This document shows positions 8,890 to 17,857 of a stretch of 53,226 nt of DNA, in pieces. The number at the start of each line of letters is the position of its first letter. Position 1 is the first letter of the stretch. The notes under the pieces are model-generated. The model was not told where the DNA came from. It did not search any database and saw only the letters and a program-made list of their open reading frames with translations. The position numbers and the translations under genes were made by a program. The stretch is from Minisyncoccota bacterium (GTDB lineage: Bacteria; Patescibacteriota; Minisyncoccia; Phycocordibacterales; UBA9973): NCBI GenBank assembly GCA_017992255.1, contig JAGOPB010000001.1:1-53226 (forward strand), read 5' to 3'.

Positions 8890-9138
8890 TTACCCTACTC
8901 TAAGTCGTTTGACAATACGTGCTTTACCTCCATATGGATCAAGTAATAATTCAACTTTATCACCAATAAGAACTTTTATTCTATGCATTCTCATCTTTCC
9001 TGCTAAATATGCAATTATTTCTTTATTGGAATCTTTAGTTTCACTATCATCTAATCTGACTCTAAACATCGTATTAGGAAGAGCTTCTGTTACTAAGCCG
9101 TTCACTGTTTTTCTTTCATCTTTGTTTTCACTACTCAT
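8890..9138 (-). CDS. infA: Translation initiation factor IF-1
   Basis: 82 aa with an S1-like fold (MFRVRLDD...YLAGKMRMHRIKVLIGDKVELLLDPYGGKARIVKRL). Confidence 0.93.
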   Translation of the reverse strand: MSSENKDERKTVNGLVTEALPNTMFRVRLDDSETKDSNKEIIAYLAGKMRMHRIKVLIGDKVELLLDPYGGKARIVKRLRVG

Positions 9139-9284
9139 GTATATTTACCCGATGTATAGTAACAAAAATACTCTTATACGTCAAGTGTTTTGCTATATGT
9201 TTGTGATAGCAGTACACCATAAAAATTATACATGTAAAATAGCACCACTATACCTAGTATCGGTTGGCAGAAAAAAGTAACACA

Positions 9285-10715
9285 TTACGTTTCAGGAGTA
9301 GATTCGTTTAGTTGAACGATTTCAATATGTGACGGTTTAGAAGGAAATGTTTGTTTCCATGGAGGTCTCATTTTAACCTTAATAGATTCGAGTGCTTGAT
9401 TATTGCTTATAATATTGGGTATGTTTTTAATTTTAACTCCCACTATATCAGCAAGAAACTTTGATTGATCATATTCTGCAACTAGCACAACGGTACCAGT
9501 AATCTGAACTGAAAGTACTGTGGTGTCAACTAATTTATTTTCTGTTGACATGATAAGATTTGCATCATTCATATCACCCATCGCAAGTAAAACTGTATCA
9601 TCAACATCTATGCTTTCTGGTTGAGACGCTCGAATCACCTCCACAATAGATTGTTTTGATAAAATAAACGCTGTTCCTTTCATGCTAATAGAGAGCGGAA
9701 TAGTAACTTCAGTATTTGTGTGGTCGTATGTTCTCTCTACTGTTTCTATAACAATAGCATCGTCAAAAGTTATAAATCCTTCTGGTACTTCAGCGTGCAA
9801 TTGTGTTAGTATTTTTTGTTGTAATGCGATACGCATTTCTTCCATCTTTTTTTCATACTCTTCGTCACTTACCGTATACACCAGTCCTGTACTACCACCT
9901 GAAAGTGACGTAGTAGAACGTCCATAAAATTTCTTTGATTTGTTTGGATCATTTTTCCATCCGTATATAACAAAATCTGTCGGTCCTCCGTTGTAGTCCG
10001 CACCTCCTTTTTCAGCATGAACATTTACTTCAACTGATCCAGGAATTATTTCATCGCCTTTTTTTGTATATCCAGGTATAGAAACTGCTGTATCGGTCAT
10101 ATATATTTTTCCATTTGGAGCCTCAAGACGTGTATTTATGAGGAGATTCTGTTTTACTGTTGTATATTCATTATACAACTTTACTTTTCCAGTACTTGGA
10201 ATATCTCCGGATATGGTACTCGACGATGTAACATTTCCTGTCTCCGTCTTCTCTACTGACATTTTTTCAAACGAAATACCTGATGATGATTGATACTTTG
10301 CGTTGTAGGTGGTATCTACTGAAAGTGTAAAAGACTTTGGTTGAACAATAATAGTAGCTTTATCAAAGGCAAGTGATAATGAAGCAAATGCGAAAATAAC
10401 TGCAAAAATCGCTATAACCCAAAGAAACTTTATTTTTCTTGGTGTACGTGAATGTGGTGTTACTGCTCCAAAATCTTCATTAAGTTTTCCGTGTCTAGCA
10501 TATCTCATTAAAAATGGATTTGTTTGAATCTCTGAATTAATGTTGTTTATTTCTGTTCTGTCATTTTCTTCAAGACTTTTCACTGAAGTATTTTGAAATA
10601 CAGTAGACTGTTTATTGTTTTCTTCCACTGTCTGCGTATTAGAAGAAATATTTTTGAATTGAGTGTCTTGATTTTTCGTTTGTGGTCCTCGTATATCTTC
10701 TATTGGTTTTCCCAT
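9285..10715 (-). CDS. Hypothetical single-pass membrane protein with a large extracytoplasmic domain
   Basis: 476 aa. It has a polar, low-complexity N-terminal ~95 aa, one TM (FLWVIAIFAVIFAFASLSLAF, about aa 97-117) and ~360 aa outside. No family recognised. Confidence 0.75.
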   Translation of the reverse strand: MGKPIEDIRGPQTKNQDTQFKNISSNTQTVEENNKQSTVFQNTSVKSLEENDRTEINNINSEIQTNPFLMRYARHGKLNEDFGAVTPHSRTPRKIKFLWVIAIFAVIFAFASLSLAFDKATIIVQPKSFTLSVDTTYNAKYQSSSGISFEKMSVEKTETGNVTSSSTISGDIPSTGKVKLYNEYTTVKQNLLINTRLEAPNGKIYMTDTAVSIPGYTKKGDEIIPGSVEVNVHAEKGGADYNGGPTDFVIYGWKNDPNKSKKFYGRSTTSLSGGSTGLVYTVSDEEYEKKMEEMRIALQQKILTQLHAEVPEGFITFDDAIVIETVERTYDHTNTEVTIPLSISMKGTAFILSKQSIVEVIRASQPESIDVDDTVLLAMGDMNDANLIMSTENKLVDTTVLSVQITGTVVLVAEYDQSKFLADIVGVKIKNIPNIISNNQALESIKVKMRPPWKQTFPSKPSHIEIVQLNESTPET

Positions 10716-10753
10716 ATATGTAGTATATCTCTTTTTATTAATCTATCAAACTA

Positions 10754-11935
10754 TTATTTTTGTTTTGTAGAAACATACAGAGCAAATAGTTCTAACGGCA
10801 CGTCGTATTCAACTCCTGAAGCAGTGCGAATATATTGATTGAAATGCTCTGGAGCTATAGCTATACCACTAAATGCCTGTGATGCAATGGTAAAACCTTG
10901 AACAATTTCATTATGTAAAGCATTTTCTATCCATTGTATATTTTTACCACTACTGACTAAAAAAATAGCATCTGGCACAATAATTCCTTTGGAAATTGAT
11001 GTGAGTGCTTCACTAAAAACTTCGGCCCAATGTGAAGTCGCGTTTGATAACCCTTTTTCAACACCAGTTACCAAATTATCTTCCAGAGTGCCCTCTTTGT
11101 ACATTCGTAGACATGTTGCAACTTCTTTTTCTGTCCTTCCTAGTGTTTTAGAAATTTCATATGTTTGGTTTTGTAAACCAACAGGAAAGGATACTGATTG
11201 AGAAAGAGCTCCTTCATGAACAATTACAGCTTCTGAAAGTATTTCTCCAATCTCAATAAAAAGAAAACTCTTTGTCTCAAAAAACATATCTCTTAAAACA
11301 GCAAAATAAGCAAATATAGAAGTATGAAAATTTATTTGTGTTTTGGGTAATTGACTTTTTATGGTATCAGTAAAATCTGAAAGTGCGACTCGGGAAGCTG
11401 TGGCCATATGCATGACTAAATTAATGTTTTTTGTTATTTTATTGGTTGGCTCATCTACAACATACCCATTTAGTGTCATATTCATAGTTTTGGCTTCAAA
11501 TAATTCCAAATTGTCTCCCAAATGATTTGCATTTTGTTTTACCTCAGACAAAAAGGTGGTCTCTTCTTTCTTCATTAAATCGTGCATCAATTTTTTTGTT
11601 ATTTTAAAAGGTTTTTCTTTTGATTGAGATACAAATCGTGTTTGTGAAAATTGCCACGGTGAAGACAATATCACATGGACGTCTGTAGGTATTTTCATCT
11701 TAGAATCTACTAAAGAAGTTAATACTTTTTTTAATACTTTATCCGTAGCTTGCAAATACAATTCCATGGTCACCGATTCAGGAAGAGGAATTGATTCACG
11801 AATACTCCATAAAACTCGACGATTAGAAATTTCCATTTCAACTGTTTCATTACAAATAGCCACTCCAACTGAACCAGAATCAATGGTTATAATTGTCATT
11901 TCATGCGTTTTTATTTTCTTTGAAATGTTAAACAT
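10754..11935 (-). CDS. Divergent actin-fold (FtsA/PilM-like, ASKHA) protein
   Basis: 393 aa. Phosphate-1-like ITIDSGSVGVAI lies near aa 15-27. An FtsA/PilM-like central block FLFIEIGEILSEAVIVHEGALSQSVSFPVGLQNQTYEISKTLGRTEKEV lies near aa 224-272. The canonical DxGGGTT is degenerate. Confidence 0.5.
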   Translation of the reverse strand: MFNISKKIKTHEMTIITIDSGSVGVAICNETVEMEISNRRVLWSIRESIPLPESVTMELYLQATDKVLKKVLTSLVDSKMKIPTDVHVILSSPWQFSQTRFVSQSKEKPFKITKKLMHDLMKKEETTFLSEVKQNANHLGDNLELFEAKTMNMTLNGYVVDEPTNKITKNINLVMHMATASRVALSDFTDTIKSQLPKTQINFHTSIFAYFAVLRDMFFETKSFLFIEIGEILSEAVIVHEGALSQSVSFPVGLQNQTYEISKTLGRTEKEVATCLRMYKEGTLEDNLVTGVEKGLSNATSHWAEVFSEALTSISKGIIVPDAIFLVSSGKNIQWIENALHNEIVQGFTIASQAFSGIAIAPEHFNQYIRTASGVEYDVPLELFALYVSTKQK

Positions 11936-12008
11936 ATGATAGTAGTATACTACACCTTATTCTTCTTGGGAAAGTATTTTTATGTTGTATACAATACACC
12001 CTTCTATG

Positions 12009-13742
12009 CTAATAAAGTACAGTACCTTTGATTCGTCGTACACCCGACGAAGAAGCTTCTTCTTTTAAAATTTTGAAAGTGCCAATACTTTTAGTTGACA
12101 CGACATGAGGTCCACCGCAAAATTCTTTTGAAATACTATTACCATTTTTATCTTCTATAAAATATACAGATACTGTCTCTGGATACTTAGCTCCAAATTC
12201 CATTTCTGCTCCTATTTTTTCAGCATCTTCGCGTCGCATCTCTCGTTGTATCACCATGTAATCATTATGTATTGCATTATTTACAAATGCTTCAATTTCA
12301 TGTTTTTCCTCATTAGTCAATTTTCTTTCAAAAGAAAAATCAATACGTAAACGTTCTTCTGTTATATTACTTCCCTTTTGCTTAACATGTGATCCTAAAA
12401 CTGACTGTAGTGCGGCGAGTAATAGATGGTGTGCAGTGTGCAGTCTGATCGTCTGCTCATTATGATTTGCTAATCCCCCTTTAAAGATCCCCGCGCTCGC
12501 GGTTCGAGATAGTAGTTGGTGTTCACTCATTTTTTTTTCATAGTCATCAATATCTACTTTCATACCACTTTCTTCTGCCAACTCTTTTGTCATCTCAATA
12601 GGAAACCCATACGTGGTTGCTAGAGTAAATGCATCACAACCTTTTTTAAATTCTTTCATTCCTTGTTCCAATGTCTTTTGAAAATGTTCATATTCTTCTG
12701 CAATAATTTCTCGGATTTTTACTTCTTTGAGTCGTGGATACGTTGGTGTGTATTTTTCAAGAAACATATCTATTATCAAAAGCAATGTATTTTTTTCTAA
12801 ACCGTAGTGTTGAGCACGAACCATAGCACGTCGAATCAATCTTCTGAGTATATACCCTCTATCTTTGTTGTCTGGAACTACACCGTCTGAAATTATAAAC
12901 ATAGCTGTACGAATATGATCAGCTATAATTCTTAAAAATTTTTCATTTATATTTCTACTTTTGTTTTTATTTCCTATCGTAATTTGTTCTTTTAAAAAAT
13001 CTATAGTATCTACGAATATATCTGTATCATATACATTTTTTTTGTGTTGCACTGTCGCCAATAATCGCTCAAAACCCATTCCAGTATCTATACCTAGTGT
13101 TTCTGCTTTGACTAATTGTGCTTCACCTTTGTCTAGTGCTTCACGTGTTCCCTTACACATATATTCATTGAAAACAATATTCCAAATTTCCACATCGTCA
13201 CCATGTGCGTTTTTGCAATAGATTTCTGTTGTTGGACCACAGGGTCCACTGAGCCCCGTAGGTCCCCAAAACACATCACTTCCTTCTTGTCGGATATCAG
13301 TTATACCCAACGATTGCCATAGATCACGAGACTCAATGTCTTCTAGAACCATACCCTCGCCTTTATAATATGTTACGTAGGATATGGTCAAACCCAACTC
13401 TTTTGTTATAAATTCATGGGCATATACAATAGCCTCCTTTCTTCCATATCCACCAAATGAAAAATTACCCAACATTTCAAAAAAAGTCAGGTGGGTGTCA
13501 TCTCCCACATCGTCTATATCTCCAGTTCTCACACACTTTTGACAAGACGTTATATTGTTGTTGTTGAAATCCTTTATTGCATCTTGCGGTGCGCCATAAT
13601 ACTGCTTGAACTGTTGCATGCCAGCTGTGGTGAAAAGCACTGTTGGATCATTTTGTGGCACCAATGAAGAAGAGGTAACAATAGTATGACCTTTGGATTC
13701 AAAAAAATTTAAAAAAAGTGTTCGTAATTCATCTGAGTGCAT
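12009..13742 (-). CDS. alaS: Alanine--tRNA ligase, short form
   Basis: 577 aa. N-terminus LRTLFLNFFESKGHTIVTSSSLVPQNDPTVLFTTAGMQQFK; editing-domain motifs HTAHHLLLAAL and CGGPHV. It ends soon after the editing domain. Confidence 0.93.
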   Translation of the reverse strand: MHSDELRTLFLNFFESKGHTIVTSSSLVPQNDPTVLFTTAGMQQFKQYYGAPQDAIKDFNNNNITSCQKCVRTGDIDDVGDDTHLTFFEMLGNFSFGGYGRKEAIVYAHEFITKELGLTISYVTYYKGEGMVLEDIESRDLWQSLGITDIRQEGSDVFWGPTGLSGPCGPTTEIYCKNAHGDDVEIWNIVFNEYMCKGTREALDKGEAQLVKAETLGIDTGMGFERLLATVQHKKNVYDTDIFVDTIDFLKEQITIGNKNKSRNINEKFLRIIADHIRTAMFIISDGVVPDNKDRGYILRRLIRRAMVRAQHYGLEKNTLLLIIDMFLEKYTPTYPRLKEVKIREIIAEEYEHFQKTLEQGMKEFKKGCDAFTLATTYGFPIEMTKELAEESGMKVDIDDYEKKMSEHQLLSRTASAGIFKGGLANHNEQTIRLHTAHHLLLAALQSVLGSHVKQKGSNITEERLRIDFSFERKLTNEEKHEIEAFVNNAIHNDYMVIQREMRREDAEKIGAEMEFGAKYPETVSVYFIEDKNGNSISKEFCGGPHVVSTKSIGTFKILKEEASSSGVRRIKGTVLY

Positions 13743-13779
13743 ATTGTTGTATTCTCTTCAAAATAACATGTATAATAAT

Positions 13780-14283
13780 TTATCGTTCTGTGTTTTCATG
13801 TACTGTTTGTAACATCTCGCTCTTTTGATTTGATTTAAAATGTGGCATCACTTTTTTTTCTACAGCACGCTCAACAAACCATAACACAATAAATATAAAC
13901 AACGTCATAATTGTTGCAGCAATAGCTATTGAGAAGAAACCAAAACCTGCTGCTGTCCCTATTGCAGCAGCAACCCAAATACCTGATGCAGTAGTAATAC
14001 CAGTCACATGATCATCTCGTACCATTATAATTCCTGCTCCAAGAAAACCAATTCCAGTCACTATCTGTGATGCTACACGAAGTGGGTCTGCATTCAATCC
14101 AGCATGATGCATCGAAATGACTGTTTCTGAGATAATAACAAAGAGAGCTGATCCCAGAGCTACCAACGAATAGGTTCGTAATCCTGCAGCTTTGTTTGCC
14201 ACAACACGCTCTGTACCAAGCGCCATACCACAAAGCATAGCAACAAGTAAACGAAGTATTACGATAAGTGTAAAATTATCCAT
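13780..14283 (-). CDS. MgtC/SapB family membrane protein
   Basis: 167 aa. GTERVVANKAAGLRTYSLVALGSALF is a typical MgtC-family signature, and 4-5 TM segments are present. Confidence 0.8.
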   Translation of the reverse strand: MDNFTLIVILRLLVAMLCGMALGTERVVANKAAGLRTYSLVALGSALFVIISETVISMHHAGLNADPLRVASQIVTGIGFLGAGIIMVRDDHVTGITTASGIWVAAAIGTAAGFGFFSIAIAATIMTLFIFIVLWFVERAVEKKVMPHFKSNQKSEMLQTVHENTER

Positions 14284-14411
14284 GAAAATGTATTTTCTAT
14301 AACAGTCGTACTGCTATCTATTACTATCTAATAAACACACTCTGTGTATTGTACTCATTGTGGCCAATACTGCAAGAGTGGAGAGTCCGGTTCATCTATG
14401 TTTACTTTTCT

Positions 14412-15515
14412 TTACTTTTCTACAACTCCCCCGCCTATAACGCGCATACCATCGTAGAATACCACCGATTGACCTGGCGCTATGGACGGACGCGCATGTA
14501 GAATTATCTTTGCTTCATGTGCTGTGGCTTCACTGACTGTTACGGCATACTGTTGACCATGATACAAAATTTGCGCTGTGCACATACTGTTTTTCTGAGC
14601 TGGCTCCAAAACCCAACTTACTGGGGTTATGGAAACCATTGTATAGTCTGTGTATTCCGTAGTATTGTCATTTTTTGTCTTTTCTGCAACCGTAATTGTA
14701 TTTGCTTTCATGTCTTTGGCAACGACGTACAGCGGTTTATCATTAACTGTTTGTTTTTTTGTATTAAAGCCGTGACGTTCTCCTATAGTGAAATATACAG
14801 CTCCGGGATGGATACCTATTTTTTTTCCATCAATATTCAAAATATTTCCTGGTTGTGTGTCGATATAATGTTGCAAAAATTCCTTCATGTCTATAAGACC
14901 TAGAAAACATACACCTTGACTGTCTTTTTTAGTCGCAGTGGGTAAACAGTACTTTTTCGCTAGTAGTCTTACTTTTTTTTTAAACAAATGACCTATAGGA
15001 AATAGCGTGTGTTCTAGATCATTTTGAGTTAGGGTCCATAAAAAATATGATTGATCTTTTTCAGTATCTACTCCTCGCACAAGAGAGTGGTGGTATATTT
15101 CTGTATCACCATCTTTTTGTATCGATGAAATATTTTGTGCATAATGGCCAGTAGCTATCGCATCTGCACCATGAGAAACTGCAAAATTCCAAAATATACC
15201 AAATTTTACAACTCGATTACACATAACATCTGGATTGGGAGTTCTACCTTTTCGGTATTCATCAATCATGTAGTCTACAACACCTTGTTTGTAGCTATCT
15301 ACAGCATCGCATTCTAAAAATGGTATACCAAGATGCGCACAGACACGCATAGCATCACGTCTTTCTTGTCGCCACGTACACGGTATCCATTCCGGAGTCC
15401 AAGTTCGGATAAATACTCCAGTCACATCATGTCCCTCATCTCGTAGTAGTGCAGCTGAAACAGAAGAGTCCACACCTCCGGAAACGCCAACAAAAATTTT
15501 AAGTCGATTTTTCAC
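14412..15515 (-). CDS. mnmA: tRNA 2-thiouridine(34) synthase MnmA
   Basis: 367 aa with PP-loop VGVSGGVDSSVSAALL, the catalytic Cys context (GVCFLG) and the C-terminal barrel. Confidence 0.93.
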   Translation of the reverse strand: MKNRLKIFVGVSGGVDSSVSAALLRDEGHDVTGVFIRTWTPEWIPCTWRQERRDAMRVCAHLGIPFLECDAVDSYKQGVVDYMIDEYRKGRTPNPDVMCNRVVKFGIFWNFAVSHGADAIATGHYAQNISSIQKDGDTEIYHHSLVRGVDTEKDQSYFLWTLTQNDLEHTLFPIGHLFKKKVRLLAKKYCLPTATKKDSQGVCFLGLIDMKEFLQHYIDTQPGNILNIDGKKIGIHPGAVYFTIGERHGFNTKKQTVNDKPLYVVAKDMKANTITVAEKTKNDNTTEYTDYTMVSITPVSWVLEPAQKNSMCTAQILYHGQQYAVTVSEATAHEAKIILHARPSIAPGQSVVFYDGMRVIGGGVVEK

Positions 15516-15568
15516 TCTTATATTAAATACGAAAATGAAGATTTGAGCAAATAAAAAACCCCTAGATA

Positions 15569-16231
15569 TTAAGGAGTTTTTAAAATAGATTTTTCATGAA
15601 TTATTATGCCTAGTTCAACATAATTATCAAATATTTTTGAAATACATTTTCTTTCTAAATAAATATTTGGATTTTTGTTTGTATAAACTAGAGAAGGAAT
15701 GAACGGATATTTTTTTTTATGTTCGTTTTGACCTTCAATCGACATCTTTAACTGTAAAGGTACTTTTGTGTTATGGCGAACAATATAACAATCGATACCC
15801 AAAGTTTCGTCGTGTTTTTTTTTAGCATGATGAGAATTATCAAAACCATATGAACGTATTCTCTCTACTATTTTATTTTCATCAATTTTTTCAATTTTTC
15901 GTTGTTCAAAACATGAAAAAATTTCTAAAAGTATTTCCTCTGCAGTAGTTTTTTCAGTTATTGTCCAATGATAACCATTGAACAATCTTTTTCCATATTC
16001 TATATTTTGAAATTCACCTCGATATTGAAAAGAATTTATGTATAAACTAAAATTTAGCCACACATAATCAAATCGTATCACTATTGTAATTTCTTTAATT
16101 CCAAATTTTCTTTTTTTTATTTTATACTGTTGGATGCTTCCTATTTTTGTATAAGCGTCCAATTCTACGACAAGGTCCTCATATAGATGACCCCACCAAT
16201 CGTGCGATATCACCGAATATGCTATTGTCAT
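15569..16231 (-). CDS. Hypothetical protein with a possible C-terminal Mrr-like PD-(D/E)xK nuclease motif
   Basis: 220-aa ATG ORF. HDETLGIDCYIVRHNTKVPLQLKMS (D147 ... Q160-x-K162) resembles the GID...QxK core of Mrr-cat type nucleases. The gene is very AT-rich: hand counts give 25% and 22% GC in two 100-nt samples. Confidence 0.6.
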   Translation of the reverse strand: MTIAYSVISHDWWGHLYEDLVVELDAYTKIGSIQQYKIKKRKFGIKEITIVIRFDYVWLNFSLYINSFQYRGEFQNIEYGKRLFNGYHWTITEKTTAEEILLEIFSCFEQRKIEKIDENKIVERIRSYGFDNSHHAKKKHDETLGIDCYIVRHNTKVPLQLKMSIEGQNEHKKKYPFIPSLVYTNKNPNIYLERKCISKIFDNYVELGIIIHEKSILKTP

Positions 16232-16308
16232 GTGTCTATTTTTGTTGTTTGGTTTATTCTAGCATGGATATTCATGTATGTACATACATCAAAATTCTGT
16301 AGTAAGCT

Positions 16309-16857
16309 CTAGGACACGTGCATTATTTTTTCATAGAGCTGACACAACGTTCGTGCATCAGATAGTGCTGTGTGTGCATTTGGATTTTTTATACCAAAAT
16401 ATTCTGAAAGAGCATGTAAGGAGTACTTTTGATCATCGTTTGAGTGCATGCGAGCAAAAGCAATTGAGATAGTATCTAGACGTGGATAATGCATTTGATT
16501 TGGAATTCCTGTTTGACGAAATGCTTTGTCTACAAATCCTGCATCAAATGCAAGGTTGTGAGATATAAAAATAGTATCTTTTGTAATATCTGAAAAAAGT
16601 TTCATTGCATCCTTTAGGTCATGTGCAAATATCCAATCTGTCTCATTGTAGCCATTGACACGCAACGCTATAGGGTCAGCGTCTTGTATTCGAGTTGGTT
16701 TTATTTTTACTTCAAACTCTTTCTCTGGAATTAGTTTCAGTTTTCCGCCAACCCACTCCTGACGAGCTAGAACACATCCGATTTCTATCAGTTCATGTTG
16801 GTCAACATCAAGTCCGGTAGTTTCTGTATCAATAAATGCTAATGTATGTTTTTTCAT
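16309..16857 (-). CDS. DEDD-family 3'-5' exonuclease (DnaQ/epsilon-like)
   Basis: 182 aa with Exo I FIDTETTGLD, Exo II ISHNLAFDAGF and Exo III HTALSDA. Confidence 0.88.
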   Translation of the reverse strand: MKKHTLAFIDTETTGLDVDQHELIEIGCVLARQEWVGGKLKLIPEKEFEVKIKPTRIQDADPIALRVNGYNETDWIFAHDLKDAMKLFSDITKDTIFISHNLAFDAGFVDKAFRQTGIPNQMHYPRLDTISIAFARMHSNDDQKYSLHALSEYFGIKNPNAHTALSDARTLCQLYEKIMHVS

Positions 16858-16862
16858 TTTTA

Positions 16863-17855
16863 CTAGTTTTGCAAATACCTAGATTTATTTGCTTTATGCT
16901 CTTCGAAATTCTTTGCATAATGTATTGTACCATAGCGATCATGTAAATAATACAAATACGGTGAATCTTCCGGATACAGTGCTGCTTTAATAGATTCAAT
17001 GCCAGGATTGGTTATAGGTCCTGGAGGTAACCCTTTGTTTGTATAGGTATTGTATGGTGAGTCTGTGTTCAAATCTACGATAGTTAACTGTTGAGATGTC
17101 TTTCCTAATAGATACAAAAAGGTGGCATCAACTTGCAGTGGCATACCAATGCGTATTCTTTTCCATAGTATACCTGAAACAATGTTTCGGTCATCATCTC
17201 CACGAGCTTCTTTTTCAATTATAGACGCCATAATGATTATATCTTTTTCTGTTTTTCCGCTTGCTTCTATATCAGCTGTCAGTGATTCCACTTTTGTTTC
17301 AAAATTCTTCTTTACTGTATCAATAACTTCCGATGGCGATACTGTTGAAAAAAAATAATATGTATCAGGAAACAGGTATCCTTCATCGTTTTTTGATAAC
17401 TCTAGAAAAAGAGTAGTATTAAAAGAAGGAATAGTATTGTCCAATATGTTTGCCATTTCGTACCTATTCATTCCTTCAGGTATGGTTATTTTCAAACGTG
17501 AGTTGCCGTACTCATGATTTCGAAATCTATGTACAATATTCCACATATGCAGTGGTGTATCAAACACATAATCACCACTGGCAAGCGTACGGTCGTCACC
17601 GAGAGCGACAAACAATATTGAAAATATCCTATCATTTTTAATATATCCTTTTGATTCAAGCTCTTTAGAAATTCCTGTAATAGTAGTACCTTGCTTGACA
17701 ATTACCGTCGTATGCTGGGGAAAATTTTTGGGAGGGATAAAAAATATTGCATAAAAATAAACACCGATTGCACAAAAAATGAAAAACAATACACGATTAC
17801 GCTTTGTTTTGGCAGACTTCATATCAGTATGAGTTACATTAAAATACTGCTCCAT
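16863..17855 (-). CDS. mltG: Endolytic murein transglycosylase MltG (YceG-like)
   Basis: 330 aa with an N-terminal TM and the motifs ASIIEKEA, LQVDATFLY and YNTYTNKGLPPGPITNPG. Confidence 0.9.
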   Translation of the reverse strand: MEQYFNVTHTDMKSAKTKRNRVLFFIFCAIGVYFYAIFFIPPKNFPQHTTVIVKQGTTITGISKELESKGYIKNDRIFSILFVALGDDRTLASGDYVFDTPLHMWNIVHRFRNHEYGNSRLKITIPEGMNRYEMANILDNTIPSFNTTLFLELSKNDEGYLFPDTYYFFSTVSPSEVIDTVKKNFETKVESLTADIEASGKTEKDIIIMASIIEKEARGDDDRNIVSGILWKRIRIGMPLQVDATFLYLLGKTSQQLTIVDLNTDSPYNTYTNKGLPPGPITNPGIESIKAALYPEDSPYLYYLHDRYGTIHYAKNFEEHKANKSRYLQN

Positions 17856-17857
17856 AT

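Noticed and set aside
14012-14233. 73-codon alternative-frame ORF inside the MgtC-like gene.
   Set aside because: It is on the same strand and nested in a well-supported membrane-protein CDS. Its translation is Cys/Trp/Arg-rich noise.
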